Assembly: GCA_003614145.1 (NCBI GenBank)
Contig: KZ987734.1
Location: forward strand, 1 to 37,912
From: Piptocephalis cylindrospora
Lineage: Eukaryota
Direction: 5' to 3'
Length of the DNA: 37,912 nucleotides
The notes under the pieces were generated by a model. That model did not search any database. It was not told the origin of the DNA and saw only the letters and a list, made by a program, of their open reading frames with translations. Below are positions 23,832-37,912 of the stretch, piece by piece. A program made the translations under genes and the position numbers. Each line of letters begins with the position of its first letter. Position 1 is the stretch's first letter.

Positions 23832-24217
23832 AGGGGGGATAGGAGGGGCATGATTGCCATGTCTCTGATTTAGTGTCTATCATGAAAGGAGAGTGACCCT
23901 TGTGTTTCCTTGAGGCAACAAGCCTCTCGCCCTTTCATCCTTTTCACCCTTCTACTTTCTCATTACACACAATCTTGATCTGATGTCTGCTATCCTGTTT
24001 CAAGATGTGAGCTGTGTTTGGGGGGAGGGATGAGCGATGATTAGATGGGGGGCACGGATGCACCATCTCAATCCTTTTGAGATGGGATTGATGGGAAGAA
24101 GCAAGAAGAGAAACACTCAAAGATAATGTCCCATCGCTCTTTCCCATTGCATCACATCTGTCGCGAGAAATTCGAATGCTGTATTCTTTCCTGGCTCGCT
24201 TAAAAGGACCGCGCCAT

Positions 24218-25592
24218 CTACATCTCAACCACATCCTCTCCACAATATGCACGGTAAAGCTCGGCAGGACGAGCACCACCATCGGAAGGGATGATGCGGA
24301 TGGAGACGTTGGCCCCGATGAAAAGGACGGATCCTTCCACAAGGGAAAGGGAGCCGCTCTGGTTGTCCGCATCCCTCTTCCACTCGACAATCATGGGACT
24401 CTTGGTACAGATGGCCACACTGGGTGTGGAGAGAGGAGGGACCGAGACAGTGGATGTATCGGATACACTGGTGATGAGAACGCGACATTCGGGAGCTGGG
24501 GCCTCGTAAAGCTTGGTGTGCGGGACATCACGGAAGGGAGTGGAGCGAAGCATATGAGTCGAAGGAGATTCCGTTCTGTAAGAGAGCATGGAGACCAGGG
24601 TATCGACATCCCGGAACTTAGGGGTGAGGCCAGCACGGACCACATTGTCTGATGCGGCCATACACTCGATGCAATCCCCGGCGATGTAGGCATGGGGCTC
24701 ATTGGCTGCGAGGAAGAGGGCATCCCCGGGCATAAGGACAATGTCATTGAGGAAAATGGCAGCAAAAGAGCCAATATCTCCTGGGTATTGCTCGGCCAAG
24801 AGGAGGAGGAGACGGTCCAAGTTGGAAGATTCACTTTGGGCCGCTAATCGCTCAATTAGGACCTCAAGAAGATCGGCCACCTGGGCAGGGTCTGCACGCA
24901 TGACCCGGGAGAAGGCGGCCTGGAGGGCGGGCCGAGTTACCTCGGCATCCTGGCTCACTGATGCCTCCTCCAAGCTCCTAAGATGCTCGGGACCAAGAAT
25001 CTGAGCCAATTCGGAATACTTCTTTGCGGCATCGACGACCTCGACGAGAGGCCGGAAGCCACAAAGGGCACGGAAGGGCGTGAGAGCAATGGTCATCTCG
25101 GGCTTGTGGTTGGCGTCAGGGTAATGACTGGGGTCGTCCGTATGAAGACGGGGGGCTAAGGAGCGATCCGGGTGAGCCTGAATAGAGAGGGCTGTAGAAA
25201 CGGATAGAACTTTAAGGAGGAAGGGAAGCTGGGGGCCTTTGACATTCTTCCCCAATAAGGAGGGGTTCTGCTCTAGAAGCTCGGTCAGGCCGGGACCCAT
25301 AAGGTCTCCCGTATCCGTGAGAGGGACGGCTGGTCCGGAAGGATGAGTTCCCATCCAAAGCTATCGTCAGGATTTAGGCAGCGGTGATGGTAAGGAGCTA
25401 GCTCATTAAGCAGGAGAAGGAAGGAGCCCATTTGGAACTTACCTCGGCATACGGTTTGTCGTCATCCTCTTGCAGGGCCGAGGTGGCCTTGGCATAGTAG
25501 GCTACCAAGGAAGTGTCAATGCCCTTCCCCCAGGCATAGTTTTTCACAGACGGGGCCAAGAGAAACACAGGTTGAGCGTGGGCGAGCGACAT
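24218..25592 (-). CDS. PMI40: Mannose-6-phosphate isomerase (type I PMI), 2 exons
   Basis: NYAWGK...PYAE/LWMGTHP across intron 25442-25361; LPFLLKVLSV, ALSIQAHPD, YPDANHKPEM, EPHAYIAGDCIECMAASDNVVRAGLTPK. Confidence 0.97.
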
Positions 25593-26186
25593 GGGAAGAG
25601 AGAGACGGATAGGGAGATAAGGAGGAAGTAGGGTGAAGGGGAAGATGGAGGAAGTAGGATGAAGGGGAAGATGGAAGAACTAAGGGTGGGAGGAGGGCTC
25701 TGTCAAGGGTCAAGGCGCATACTGTTATATCGGAGTGTCGTACGTGTGTGCTCCTCGAGAAGTGTATAGATGATGGAAGGAGAGACGTCTGGGGTAAGTG
25801 AGACGCGGAGAGGCTGATGTCAATCGATATGCGTGCTTGCCACAGTGTGCAATGTAAAAGGACAGACCAATGGGATAATGACGAGACTCAACTTACACAC
25901 TGAAGAAGTGAATAAGGAACATGTCCATCAGGAAGACGCGACGGCAGTTGCATCCTAGAGATGTATTTAGAAAAGGAGAGTGGGCAAGTACGTCAAGGTA
26001 TAGACACCGCATTAAGGCCTGGAGCATGTCCGATCCTTCGGACATGAGCAGCGGTTGGTGTGCACGTCAAGGATACAGCATCAAAGCAACAATGATGAGA
26101 AAGAAGAAAAAGAGACAAATAAGGATCATTATTAGCGAAAATTGGAGCACGCTCACACATTGCCTTTGGATATCTTCCCATCCTGC

Positions 26187-28400
26187 TTAAGTGATCTTGA
26201 TGGGTACAGAAGAAGTATCATGTTTGGAAGCATCATCAACAGCCTTTGGAGAACTGGCCTCCGCGAAGAAGAGCTTGAGAAAGGTGGATAATTGGGCGTA
26301 CTTTTTACGAGCCTGGTTCACGGAAGAGGAGCTCTCTGGGCTCGAGATCCAACGAAGAGACTGATTTAGAATTTGGTCCGTTCTCTTCAGACACCACTTG
26401 CTCCATGCAGCCTTCCTATTGTCCCCGCTAATGGGATGCGAGATCCAATTGGCCACACGAGCCCTAATTCGGGAAAAAGACATCTTGCTGGCGTAGACCT
26501 TGGCAGCCTTCTCCTCTGCGGCCTTGTCTGCGGGATCCGTGCTAGCAAGATTACCCAGCTCCTCGATAGTATGTTGATTCGCGGAGAGGTAGAAGGATGG
26601 TTTGCTGAGTAAATGTAGCATACGCTCGTACTGAGTCAACAAAGGTTTGGAAATAATCCTGTGAGAAACGCCGTAGGAAACGACCTGGATGTGGGCGGCG
26701 CTTGCAAATCCACTGGCCAGTTTAGCGGCACGATCAAACTCGTTGTCCAGCTTTGCGGAAGGAAAGGAAGGGAGGGAACGAAGGCTCAAGTGGATCTGAA
26801 GGAGCCGGAGAAGGTGCATCAGTCGGACCTTGTAGATCCAGGTAAAGACCAAAGCGATCATCTGCTTCGAGCTGGGCGTGTCCTTGGTCTGGGCCAATGT
26901 AATGATGGGAGTCCAATGGTGACCCCCATCGCGAGTGCCCCAGTTGTTAACTAGACTCGCAAATTTTGCATCACAGAAGCCAAGGTACTTGTTCGCGTAA
27001 TTCTTCATGGTCTTTACGTACGTCCTTTTGGAGAAGATTGGCGCTCTACCACGAGTGACAGTGGCTTTCAAGTTGTTTGGGATGGCATCGCAAAGGCGCT
27101 TAAGGTACCCCTTGATGTCACTCTTACGCACGATATTGGTATCCTTGGGACCAATGAGACCGATAAAGTTGGCAAGAGACATGGGAATTTTAGAGTCATG
27201 AAAGCGAGAGGCTGCTTTCTCTGCCAAAAAATGAGCGGAGGACGAAGGGGGCTGCTTGTCGATTTGGGGAACGACCTGGCGGTTGGACTGTTCGTGGATT
27301 TGACTATTGGGTTGGTCGCTGGTTTGATGATCGGGCTGACCGCTGGTTTGTTGATCGGGCTGTTCAGAAATAGAGACCGTAGGGTGATTGGAGGAGATAG
27401 GAAGCTTAGGCTCTGATGGGAAGTATCCAGGCATTCCTCTGAGAATGTTAGTAGAACGGCGATGGAGCCTATGTGTAGAAAAAGTGGCGGAATGGGGGAA
27501 GACGATTTGGGGTTCTTTCTGAGAATTATTGCTCCTATAATTCTTCAGCCTTGCAATCATCACATATTCAGCCTTTTGCTCATCCCGGATAATTGTACTC
27601 TTGGCAAAAAAAGCCCCGTGGAAGTACCAATTGACAATGATGTGGGAATCGTGCAAAGTCCTTGAGAGATCCACATTCGGCAAAGCATCATGGACATAGA
27701 AACGCTTTAGGACCAGGATGGATAAGGCAGTCCGCATGGAGGAACTAATAGCACTGGGACCCAGGCTCACGGGATTTTCCAAGGCAACAATGCTCTCGGC
27801 GTAGCTCATCATTTTACGGGCCTCTTCTTCTAGCTGATGAAGGGTTTCTTTATCTTCCTTGGGGTCGAGAATCGAGGAGAATGGGCCTCCAAGAGCCTGG
27901 TGAAAGGCGATCACGATGGACATGTAATTCAATTTAGAAATGCGTTTGTCGGTCATCACATTACAGTAGGTATGGAGGAGAAAGCTGCTATCCCAGAGGG
28001 AAAAGGGATCCGTGGAATGGGTCTTATCGGATGATTTAATTTTAGGACAAGCCTCTTTGGCTAGAGTCGTATACGTTTTCATGACACGTTCCAGAAGAGA
28101 GACGACATCGAATGTATCTAAAGAAGTCGCAGTGTACCCCGTGCTTGAGGCTTGAATGGGATGTTGACTATGCGATCCCCTGAGGGTCTCTTCCCCAAGA
28201 CCAACGAGAAGGAGGAGTCCATTGTAGACGCTTTCAACGGGGAGAAGCTTGTCCTTGGTACGCTCATTCAGGTTGTCCGTGGTTAAAACGAAAGAGTCCT
28301 CGTGAGGAATCCAGTCAGAGAGGAGAGGAAGGGGATGATGACGTAGGGAAAGGGAAGAAGGCATCGAGACCGGGAGGTCAGAAAGAGGTTGGAGAGACAT
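26187..28400 (-). CDS. Uncharacterised lineage-specific protein, 737 aa, intronless; internal Q/D/S-rich 8-aa repeats
   Basis: Long uninterrupted ORF. Coding status is supported by protein-level similarity to the decayed copy at 16115-17909. No domain recognised. Confidence 0.8.
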   Translation of the reverse strand: MSLQPLSDLPVSMPSSLSLRHHPLPLLSDWIPHEDSFVLTTDNLNERTKDKLLPVESVYNGLLLLVGLGEETLRGSHSQHPIQASSTGYTATSLDTFDVVSLLERVMKTYTTLAKEACPKIKSSDKTHSTDPFSLWDSSFLLHTYCNVMTDKRISKLNYMSIVIAFHQALGGPFSSILDPKEDKETLHQLEEEARKMMSYAESIVALENPVSLGPSAISSSMRTALSILVLKRFYVHDALPNVDLSRTLHDSHIIVNWYFHGAFFAKSTIIRDEQKAEYVMIARLKNYRSNNSQKEPQIVFPHSATFSTHRLHRRSTNILRGMPGYFPSEPKLPISSNHPTVSISEQPDQQTSGQPDHQTSDQPNSQIHEQSNRQVVPQIDKQPPSSSAHFLAEKAASRFHDSKIPMSLANFIGLIGPKDTNIVRKSDIKGYLKRLCDAIPNNLKATVTRGRAPIFSKRTYVKTMKNYANKYLGFCDAKFASLVNNWGTRDGGHHWTPIITLAQTKDTPSSKQMIALVFTWIYKVRLMHLLRLLQIHLSLRSLPSFPSAKLDNEFDRAAKLASGFASAAHIQVVSYGVSHRIISKPLLTQYERMLHLLSKPSFYLSANQHTIEELGNLASTDPADKAAEEKAAKVYASKMSFSRIRARVANWISHPISGDNRKAAWSKWCLKRTDQILNQSLRWISSPESSSSVNQARKKYAQLSTFLKLFFAEASSPKAVDDASKHDTSSVPIKIT

Positions 28401-29150
28401 TACGGAAGGAAGAAGAGAAGCTGCGAGGAGAGGGGAAGGGCGCTATCGGTCTGGATGAGCAAGTGCGTGGAGTCGTTCAAGAGTAGGAAAAGTCAAGCTT
28501 AGAGGAGCGTCGAAAAGATATGGCCACATGCAGGCTATCAGCGTAAGGCAAGGATGGAGAGATGGAGAAACGGGCTAGGGTTGGGATGGGCCAAGCTGAG
28601 GCAACCCTTGATCCTTATCATTAGTACTAAGGAGGGCGGTTCTCTGGAAAGCAGGCGGAGTGATGCACGCATTAAGTAGGCAATGAATACTCCTACACCC
28701 TCTCAGAAAGAATACTGCCGCCCTGTTTGTCCAGAATATTGCTGGCATTGTCACAAAATAGTCCGTAGGCAATCGAATGGCTATGCTGCGTGATATGTAC
28801 CAAAGCCCCCTCCAAAAGCCCTATTCAGCATCCATGTGGTAATGACGATATAGCCTTTAAATATTACTTAGATTGCCAAAGTAAAACAGCGCTTTCGTTG
28901 AAGGATTCACGCGGCTTTGCACCTTGGTAAGGACAGAGTAGTGTCATGCATCCTCAATGGAGTGAATGGAAGGATAAAGCGAGTCGAACCCCTTCTTAAA
29001 TTGCTTGATCCCTCAAGCACATCGCTAGCATGTTGGATAATTCAACAATAATTTTTAGATGACTAGCCTACACCGAACCATCCACGTAGGAGAAATCAAG
29101 TACATTCACAGCCTTTCATCCCAAACACCCCTCTTGCTTCCTACAACTAG

Positions 29151-30716
29151 TTAAGAGAGGAGAAACTGACAATTCTCATAGTGGTCGAGCATGATATTTT
29201 CCCCGGATCGTACCTGAGTCTTCCGAGTATCTCCCCATCGTTCGAGGAAATCTGCGTGAGAGAGGACCTTGACCTTTCCATCCGGCTGTTCTGTCCGGCA
29301 GATCCGACCATAGATGTCAGCCAAAAGGGGAAAGTTAGTGGGATAGAAGATGTCAAAGTACCCAGGCTGAACGAGGTACGTGGAGCAAGGGACCATGGTC
29401 CCTTTGTACCGCGTTTGCACGACCGGGGCATCTACCCCGGGGACGGCGTCAGGAAGGGAGGAAAAGTCCGAGAGGATGAGTCGATGGGCTGGAAAGTGCC
29501 GAGAAAGGGTGTCGAGGAACCGAAGGCTCCCAGTGGGGATGTGCTCTGGGGTGGAAAGGTTGGGGGCATAAGGCAGATGGGACCGAAGACGGTGAAGGGC
29601 TGTGGTGATAGGTGAGGTAGACCAAGAATGGCTGCCTCCACTGCCTCCAGTACGCATGCTCTGTCGGGACTGAGAGCGTAATCTAAGATACCGCGTGATG
29701 AGAGGGTCCGTCACGGGTTCATACACCTCCTCATACTCCCCCTCAGAATCGGTGAGGATGACGGACTGGACGGGTTCTCCGGTTGTCGTGTCAAACCGCA
29801 CAATATCATGGGCAAAATTGTCAATGACCTCCATGGCCAGGAAAAAACATGGGTCTGGAACGGGCTGTTTCCACTGTAGGACATCCTCCTCAATCGTGCT
29901 GAGGCATGCATGCTGCTCGGCCTGGGGCCGGGACCGATTGTTGGCGCGCTGCCGCGCCGCCAGCTGCGGGGAGATCTCAATGATTGTGTACCGAGTCCGG
30001 GCGTACACATAAGGATCATTCTCCCGAAGCCAATCCAGGATATTGAGGGCTAATGTCCCGTTCCCTCCGCCCATCTCGTAGAGATGAAGATCATGGGTCG
30101 GGTACGTGTGAAGCTTGTACTCGGTCAGTACATACTTGGCCAGGGCATACCCATACCAGGGCTGAAAGAGCTCGGTGGGTGTGTGCCATAGCTGCCTCGC
30201 CACATCATCCACCTCCCCGAGCTCCTCCTCAAGTTGGGCATAATCCGCTGCCAGAAGGTCCTGGAAGTGGGCCGTGCTCCGAATGGTTCCAAACACGTAA
30301 GGAGACGGAGAGAAGATGAGAGCCTGCTTGGAAAAGTACCCGTAGTGAGGATTGTACAGCGCATCATGCACATGGTCTCGGACCAGCATGGAACAAGACC
30401 GGGGCGGACTGGTGAGTTTGGCGGTTGCGGTCGCGTCCAACCGAGGGTATTCATCTGATGCTGTCGGGACCTGGCCCGAGTACTTTGAGAAGATATTAGG
30501 CGTAGAAGGGGCCGGAGAGGGGTTATCCGTGTCTGAGCCCGAGAGGGAAGAGGAGGGCGGGGGCTTCCCTTGCAGTGCCTTGACAATCGGGCCCAAGAGA
30601 CCACGGCGAGGCTGGGATGTTGGTAGGCCCAGGCGACTCTGAGATAGTAAGACTCGCTTGCCCAGGGCCCTGCAAGCGCCTCCTACAACCGCACGATGAC
30701 TCTGAGTCAGCAGCAT
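29151..30716 (-). CDS. MidA/NDUFAF7-related (DUF185) SAM-dependent methyltransferase, mitochondrial, 521 aa
   Basis: ALYNPHYGYFSK, LWHTPTELFQPWYG, YEMGGGNGTL (motif I), YTIIEISPQL, LAMEVIDNFAHD, VQPGYFDIFYPT. Arg/Leu-rich presequence-like N-terminus. Confidence 0.88.
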   Translation of the reverse strand: MLLTQSHRAVVGGACRALGKRVLLSQSRLGLPTSQPRRGLLGPIVKALQGKPPPSSSLSGSDTDNPSPAPSTPNIFSKYSGQVPTASDEYPRLDATATAKLTSPPRSCSMLVRDHVHDALYNPHYGYFSKQALIFSPSPYVFGTIRSTAHFQDLLAADYAQLEEELGEVDDVARQLWHTPTELFQPWYGYALAKYVLTEYKLHTYPTHDLHLYEMGGGNGTLALNILDWLRENDPYVYARTRYTIIEISPQLAARQRANNRSRPQAEQHACLSTIEEDVLQWKQPVPDPCFFLAMEVIDNFAHDIVRFDTTTGEPVQSVILTDSEGEYEEVYEPVTDPLITRYLRLRSQSRQSMRTGGSGGSHSWSTSPITTALHRLRSHLPYAPNLSTPEHIPTGSLRFLDTLSRHFPAHRLILSDFSSLPDAVPGVDAPVVQTRYKGTMVPCSTYLVQPGYFDIFYPTNFPLLADIYGRICRTEQPDGKVKVLSHADFLERWGDTRKTQVRSGENIMLDHYENCQFLLS

Positions 30717-30909
30717 GAGGGAGGAGGTTGTTGGTACGAGGAAGAATAAAAAGCTGGTTGACTTTACGGGAGGAAGGGACGCTATTGTTTTAGCGAAGGC
30801 TTAGCGCGCATGTTAGGGCGCAAATCCCCCAATGATGGCTATGACCTATTCACTTGTTATGGGCACAATAACACCGCCAAAAGCTGGCTGTCGTTAAATT
30901 AGCATGTCA

Positions 30910-31053
30910 GATATTGGGTCAATGATAGTAGTAAACAGACGGTGATGTGTGGTTATTTTTGATAATACATTACTTCTTTCAGATAGTAGTAAACAGCGAA
31001 ATTGATCTTGGTAGTAGTAATAGTAGTAGTAAACAGCTGATATTGGGTCAATG
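30910..31053 (+). repeat. Cluster of short direct repeats: TAGTAGTAAACAG x3 and GATATTGGGTCAATG x2
   Basis: 13-mers at 30926-30938, 30984-30996 and 31024-31036; 15-mers at 30910-30924 and 31039-31053. Confidence 0.85.
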
Positions 31054-31874
31054 GTGCTCCCTCTCTTAACTGATAAAGAATAAGTTGATGATTCTGTTTT
31101 TGCCTAGAATAATCGTCTGTCTTCTTTTGCTTGGCACATTATTATCTTTGATCCAAAGCCAGGGAGGGTGGGTTCTTTTGTTCAATCCAGCATTAAGAAC
31201 AATGAGCCACATTGTTTCTCCTAGTTATATTAATCTATAATGTATGTAGCCATGTATATACATTGTCTTGAAATGTATTAATCTTAGAGGTTATCCCCGA
31301 TCATAACGGCCCCTCATTAGGCAGACACTGTGTTCGGATGCCCATCCGCCTACCCCACTGGGGAAAATAAAATGGTTTTATCATCACCATAACGGCCCCC
31401 CTATCCACAGGTCCATCTATCCTAAATAAATACATGGGTTGTACACTCAAATTCACTATCCGCTGGTTAGTGTTGGTATTGACTACTGTTGTTATTATTA
31501 CGTGGTGTGGGCTTGCAAGTCGCCACTGTATTCCGAACATGAGGCATTCCATGTCGAAATCAGATGTGAGGATGACGAGCGAAAAGATGGGAGCAGGCAG
31601 CATATGTGTCTCTCAGTTCGTTCCACCCTGTGCTCTCCGTCCCCCGTACAAGAGTACATCTCACATCTCCCCGCACCAGTATCCTATCTCCCGCATGACC
31701 CGCGGATTTGGACAGGTCCACCACTCATAGTGCCACCACCCCTATCCTCCCTGTCGCCATATTGTCCACATGTGTCACCAGCAGCTTAGAGATGGTTGCT
31801 CTCTTCACACCCAGCCGCACACGCTGTGGGTGGATAAGAATGAGTCTAGCCGGAGTGAGGGGAGGCGGGGTCTG

Positions 31875-31882
31875 TATAAATA
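31875..31882 (+). promoter_or_regulatory. TATA box of DUG3
   Basis: TATAAATA about 215 nt upstream of ATG 32093, followed by a CT-rich leader. Confidence 0.55.
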
Positions 31883-32092
31883 GGCCAGAAGAACTTGATA
31901 CTTGCCCTGGTTGGTCCAGTCCAATCCGCTTTTCTTCCACTCTTTCTTTTGACCCATTTTCCCTTCTTCCTCAGCCGCTTTTTCTGGACCCCCTGTCCAC
32001 ACTGTCCCCAATCCCCATTTCCTTTCCTCCCCCCAGCCAAACGCTGATAGAATACCTTCAAGACACGTCTCTCTCGCCCACCTATCCGTGAC

Positions 32093-33092
32093 ATGTGCCG
32101 CTTTCTCCTCTTCAAGGGACATGATCCCATCTTGCTTGCCGATGTAAGTCATACTTTGTCTGGTTTATATATATATGTTATAAAAAGCCTCTTCTCGTTT
32201 ACTTACTCACCATCTCCCATCTCTACAGCTCCTCACTCGCCCTGCCCACTCCATTATCAACCAGTCGTTCAACTGCCGACTGCGTATCGACGCTAGTCAG
32301 ACTGTCAACGGAGATGGGTTTGGCGTGGGCTGGTACGATATCGAGCCCAAGCAGCAGCCCTGCATCTTCACCTCAGTCCTTCCCGCATGGAATAATCTCA
32401 ACCTGACCCGACTGGCCGAACGCATCCGTTCTCCCCTGATATATGCCCATGTGCGTGCCTCCACGGGAGGATCCGCGAGCAGCGAGACCAACTGTCATCC
32501 TTGGTCCTATGGTCGGTTGATGTGGATGCACAATGGCCACATCGCCGAATTTCCCCGATTTAAGCGAAAGCTCCAGGCCTCTGTTCGGGACGAACTCTAC
32601 TCGTTTGTCCAGGGAAACACTGACTCTGAGTGGGCCTTTGCCCTCTTTCTCGACCAATTGGAGGATCCCCTTAACGGACCCTTTACCCCGGCCATCCTCA
32701 AGGCCGCTATGCTCCGGACCATTGCTCTCCTCAATGAATTTGCCCATGAGGCTGGCGTCCACGAGCCCTCCCTACTTAACTTTGCCGTCACCGATGGAGA
32801 GACCATTGTGTGCACTCGGTACATCAACGATTGCACCCGTGAGGCTGCCTCGCTTTACTTTTCCTCTGGCTCCCGCTTTGAGGCTTACAGCCCCGGTCGA
32901 TACCGCATGATCAAGGCCGATAAGCGAGAGGACATGGTTGTCATTGCCTCCGAGCCTCTGACATTTGAAAAGACTGACTGGCTCACCGTTCCCACCAACA
33001 CCCTCGTTGTCATTACCCCCAAGATCAACGTTCTCCTTTATCCCATCGATGATGAATTCTTCACATCCAAGCCAAGGAGGCCATGGAACTAA
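32093..33092 (+). CDS. DUG3: Class II glutamine amidotransferase Dug3 (glutathione degradation), 2 exons
   Basis: N-terminal nucleophile MCRFLLFKG; intron 32144-32228; then PAHSIINQS, NGDGFGVGWY, PAWNNLNL, AHVRAST, ETNCHPW, WMHNGHI, GNTDSEWAF, ASEPLT. Confidence 0.95.
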
Positions 33093-33325
33093 GAGATGAT
33101 TGACCCTCCTCTTGGGTAGGATAAGGTGAGATAGACGGAAGGGGCTGTTTTCCATGCTGTACTCGCATAAGCGTTTTCCACGGGCAGATGGACCAGATGA
33201 TCATGTGTTTGGGAAGGGAGAGGAGTCATCTTGTCATGCTGCATTTCATCATATAGTAATAGAAATTGAACTTTATATCCCTTATACCCTTCACCAATTC
33301 CTCGTCCCCTCATCATGACGATGTT

Positions 33326-36358
<3,033 letters not shown>

Positions 36359-36994
36359 CTACCAGCAAGAGGACTTGATCATGTCCCTAGAAGAATGCCT
36401 TGGTGTAGTGTGTGAGGGAGGGCATAACTTTCTTCACAATCGAGGCTGTGCTTACGCTGGAGTGAAAGGCGGGCAAAAAAAGAAAAAAAGATTCTTGCTT
36501 GGAGCCACACACAGTAAGACAAACATGATGATTGATGGGTCAAGCTTCTCTCCAGCATGGCAAATATGAGATGAAATTGGTCAGTGTTCGGAGTGAAAAT
36601 TTAGCTTTTCATTTTGACCACAAGTGAAGCTGTCATACAGAGAGAGAAAATAGGCTTAGTAGTAAACAGAGAGAAAATAGGCTAGTGTATTAAACACAAC
36701 CGAAAAATATCAAAAAATTCCACAATGCACATTTTTAAAGATCCACCAGAGCCCAACCTGAGCCTTGGCTCAAATCGATCATCCTATGAATCAACCGCGC
36801 CCATCAGGATTGGAACCTTGGTTCTGACCCCCGAATACGCGCTGTCCTGGCTTTAGCCACCAGGCATCTATGCAGTGTAGCTATTGTATACGTAAAGGAT
36901 TTAGAAAGGCTCTGAACCTTTTTGAAACGAATTTGCGAAGACTTTTAGGAGAAAAGGAAGATTGCAATTTTCCCCAATACATCTCTCTCTCTCT

Positions 36995-37036
36995 TACTAC
37001 TACTACTACTACTATTACTACTACTACTACTACTAC
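36995..37036. repeat. (TAC)14 microsatellite with one TAT unit, adjacent to a short (CT)n run
   Basis: tactactactactactactattactactactactactactac directly after atctctctctctct. Confidence 0.9.
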
Positions 37037-37912
37037 AAGCAAAGGATTTGCGTGGTATAAGGTGTATGTCTGGAAAAATATTCAGTGCAATAAACTCCCC
37101 TTTCTCTCTTATCATACAAGTAAAGGATTGATAGGTTGTATTCAAGCCCCCCAATGATCGTGTAATCCCCTTCATCGCGATATCGCCCAGGATGAACAGA
37201 GGGGACAAGACAAGGAAAAAGGATGGGATAGAGGGAAGGCGCTTTCCCATGTAATATTCTGTTGATCCTTTTACCCACCATGCCAAGCAGTTCCTTTAGT
37301 ATTCCAGGACAATAAATGGATGGACATGGGTCGAACCGGCCGTGTCATCCCCTTAGACGTCATGGACCCTGATCTTCTAGAAGAGAGGATGCAGTAGGGG
37401 TAGTAGACTGTTCCGTACATCTCCTTGGTGCATTTATTTATCTAGAGGATCAATGCCTACTACGATGAGAGTACCACTAGAAATGATCTTCGCTCTTCCT
37501 GCACCTGTCAGGTCAATCTATCCAATACCTTGGCCCCACAAAAATGCCACACCTGCATCATAGAGGCTTTGATGTGCAAGAGAACCAGCTACAGTCTACC
37601 CAGCACAGGGACCGAGATATACACGTCTTGAAGAAGTGAGTCAAGATAATAACTGTGACATGATAATTACCAGTGTCCATTCAAGAATATGCTCAGGCTT
37701 GGCAAAAAAGGAAAAGGAAAGGGAGCCGAGAAAGCATGAGGGAGCAAACGAAGAAATGATAAAAGAAGGGTACATCCAAGAGCCATACTCCTCGCCTCTC
37801 ACCCTTACCATCATTGAGACATCCCCTGTTCTCTTCCCAGAACCAGCTCCTCTTCTTCCTTTCCCCCTGTGGATCCTGTCTCTTTTTCCTCCTGGTGCTT
37901 CTCTTTCTCTAC

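Noticed and set aside
30910..31053. CRISPR-like array
   Set aside because: The repeats are only 13-15 bp with irregular spacing, the context is eukaryotic and there are no cas genes.
36870..37912. Short ORFs and a signal-peptide-like stretch (MALGCTLLLSFLRLLPHAFS, minus strand near 37790)
   Set aside because: Frames close quickly, some ORFs are microsatellite-derived, and no coherent splice model or motif was found.

Overview
This is a gene-dense eukaryotic nuclear window with short GT-AG introns. The gene content is fungal; an early-diverging, possibly zoopagomycete-like fungus is my inference only. I could trace these genes: CENP-L/Fta1-like kinetochore protein, mitochondrial PPR protein, Hul5/UBE3C-type HECT E3 ligase, Sen54, IMP dehydrogenase, METTL4-like MT-A70 methyltransferase, Ran1/Pat1(Sks1/Vhs1)-like kinase, mannose-6-phosphate isomerase, MidA/DUF185 SAM-methyltransferase, Dug3 and Spb1. 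Between them lie two divergent copies of an unrecognised ~600-780 aa family in opposite orientation: one long intact ORF and one multiply disrupted pseudogene. The main oddities are a +1 frame break at an A7 run early in SPB1, DPPI in place of DPPW in the MT-A70 protein, a kinase without a glycine-rich loop, a G-rich switch-like leader in front of IMPDH, and a 13-bp GTAAACA-containing motif repeated in two intergenic regions. I could not support any tRNA, rRNA, CRISPR array or recognisable transposon, and I did not find a clearly novel multi-gene system.
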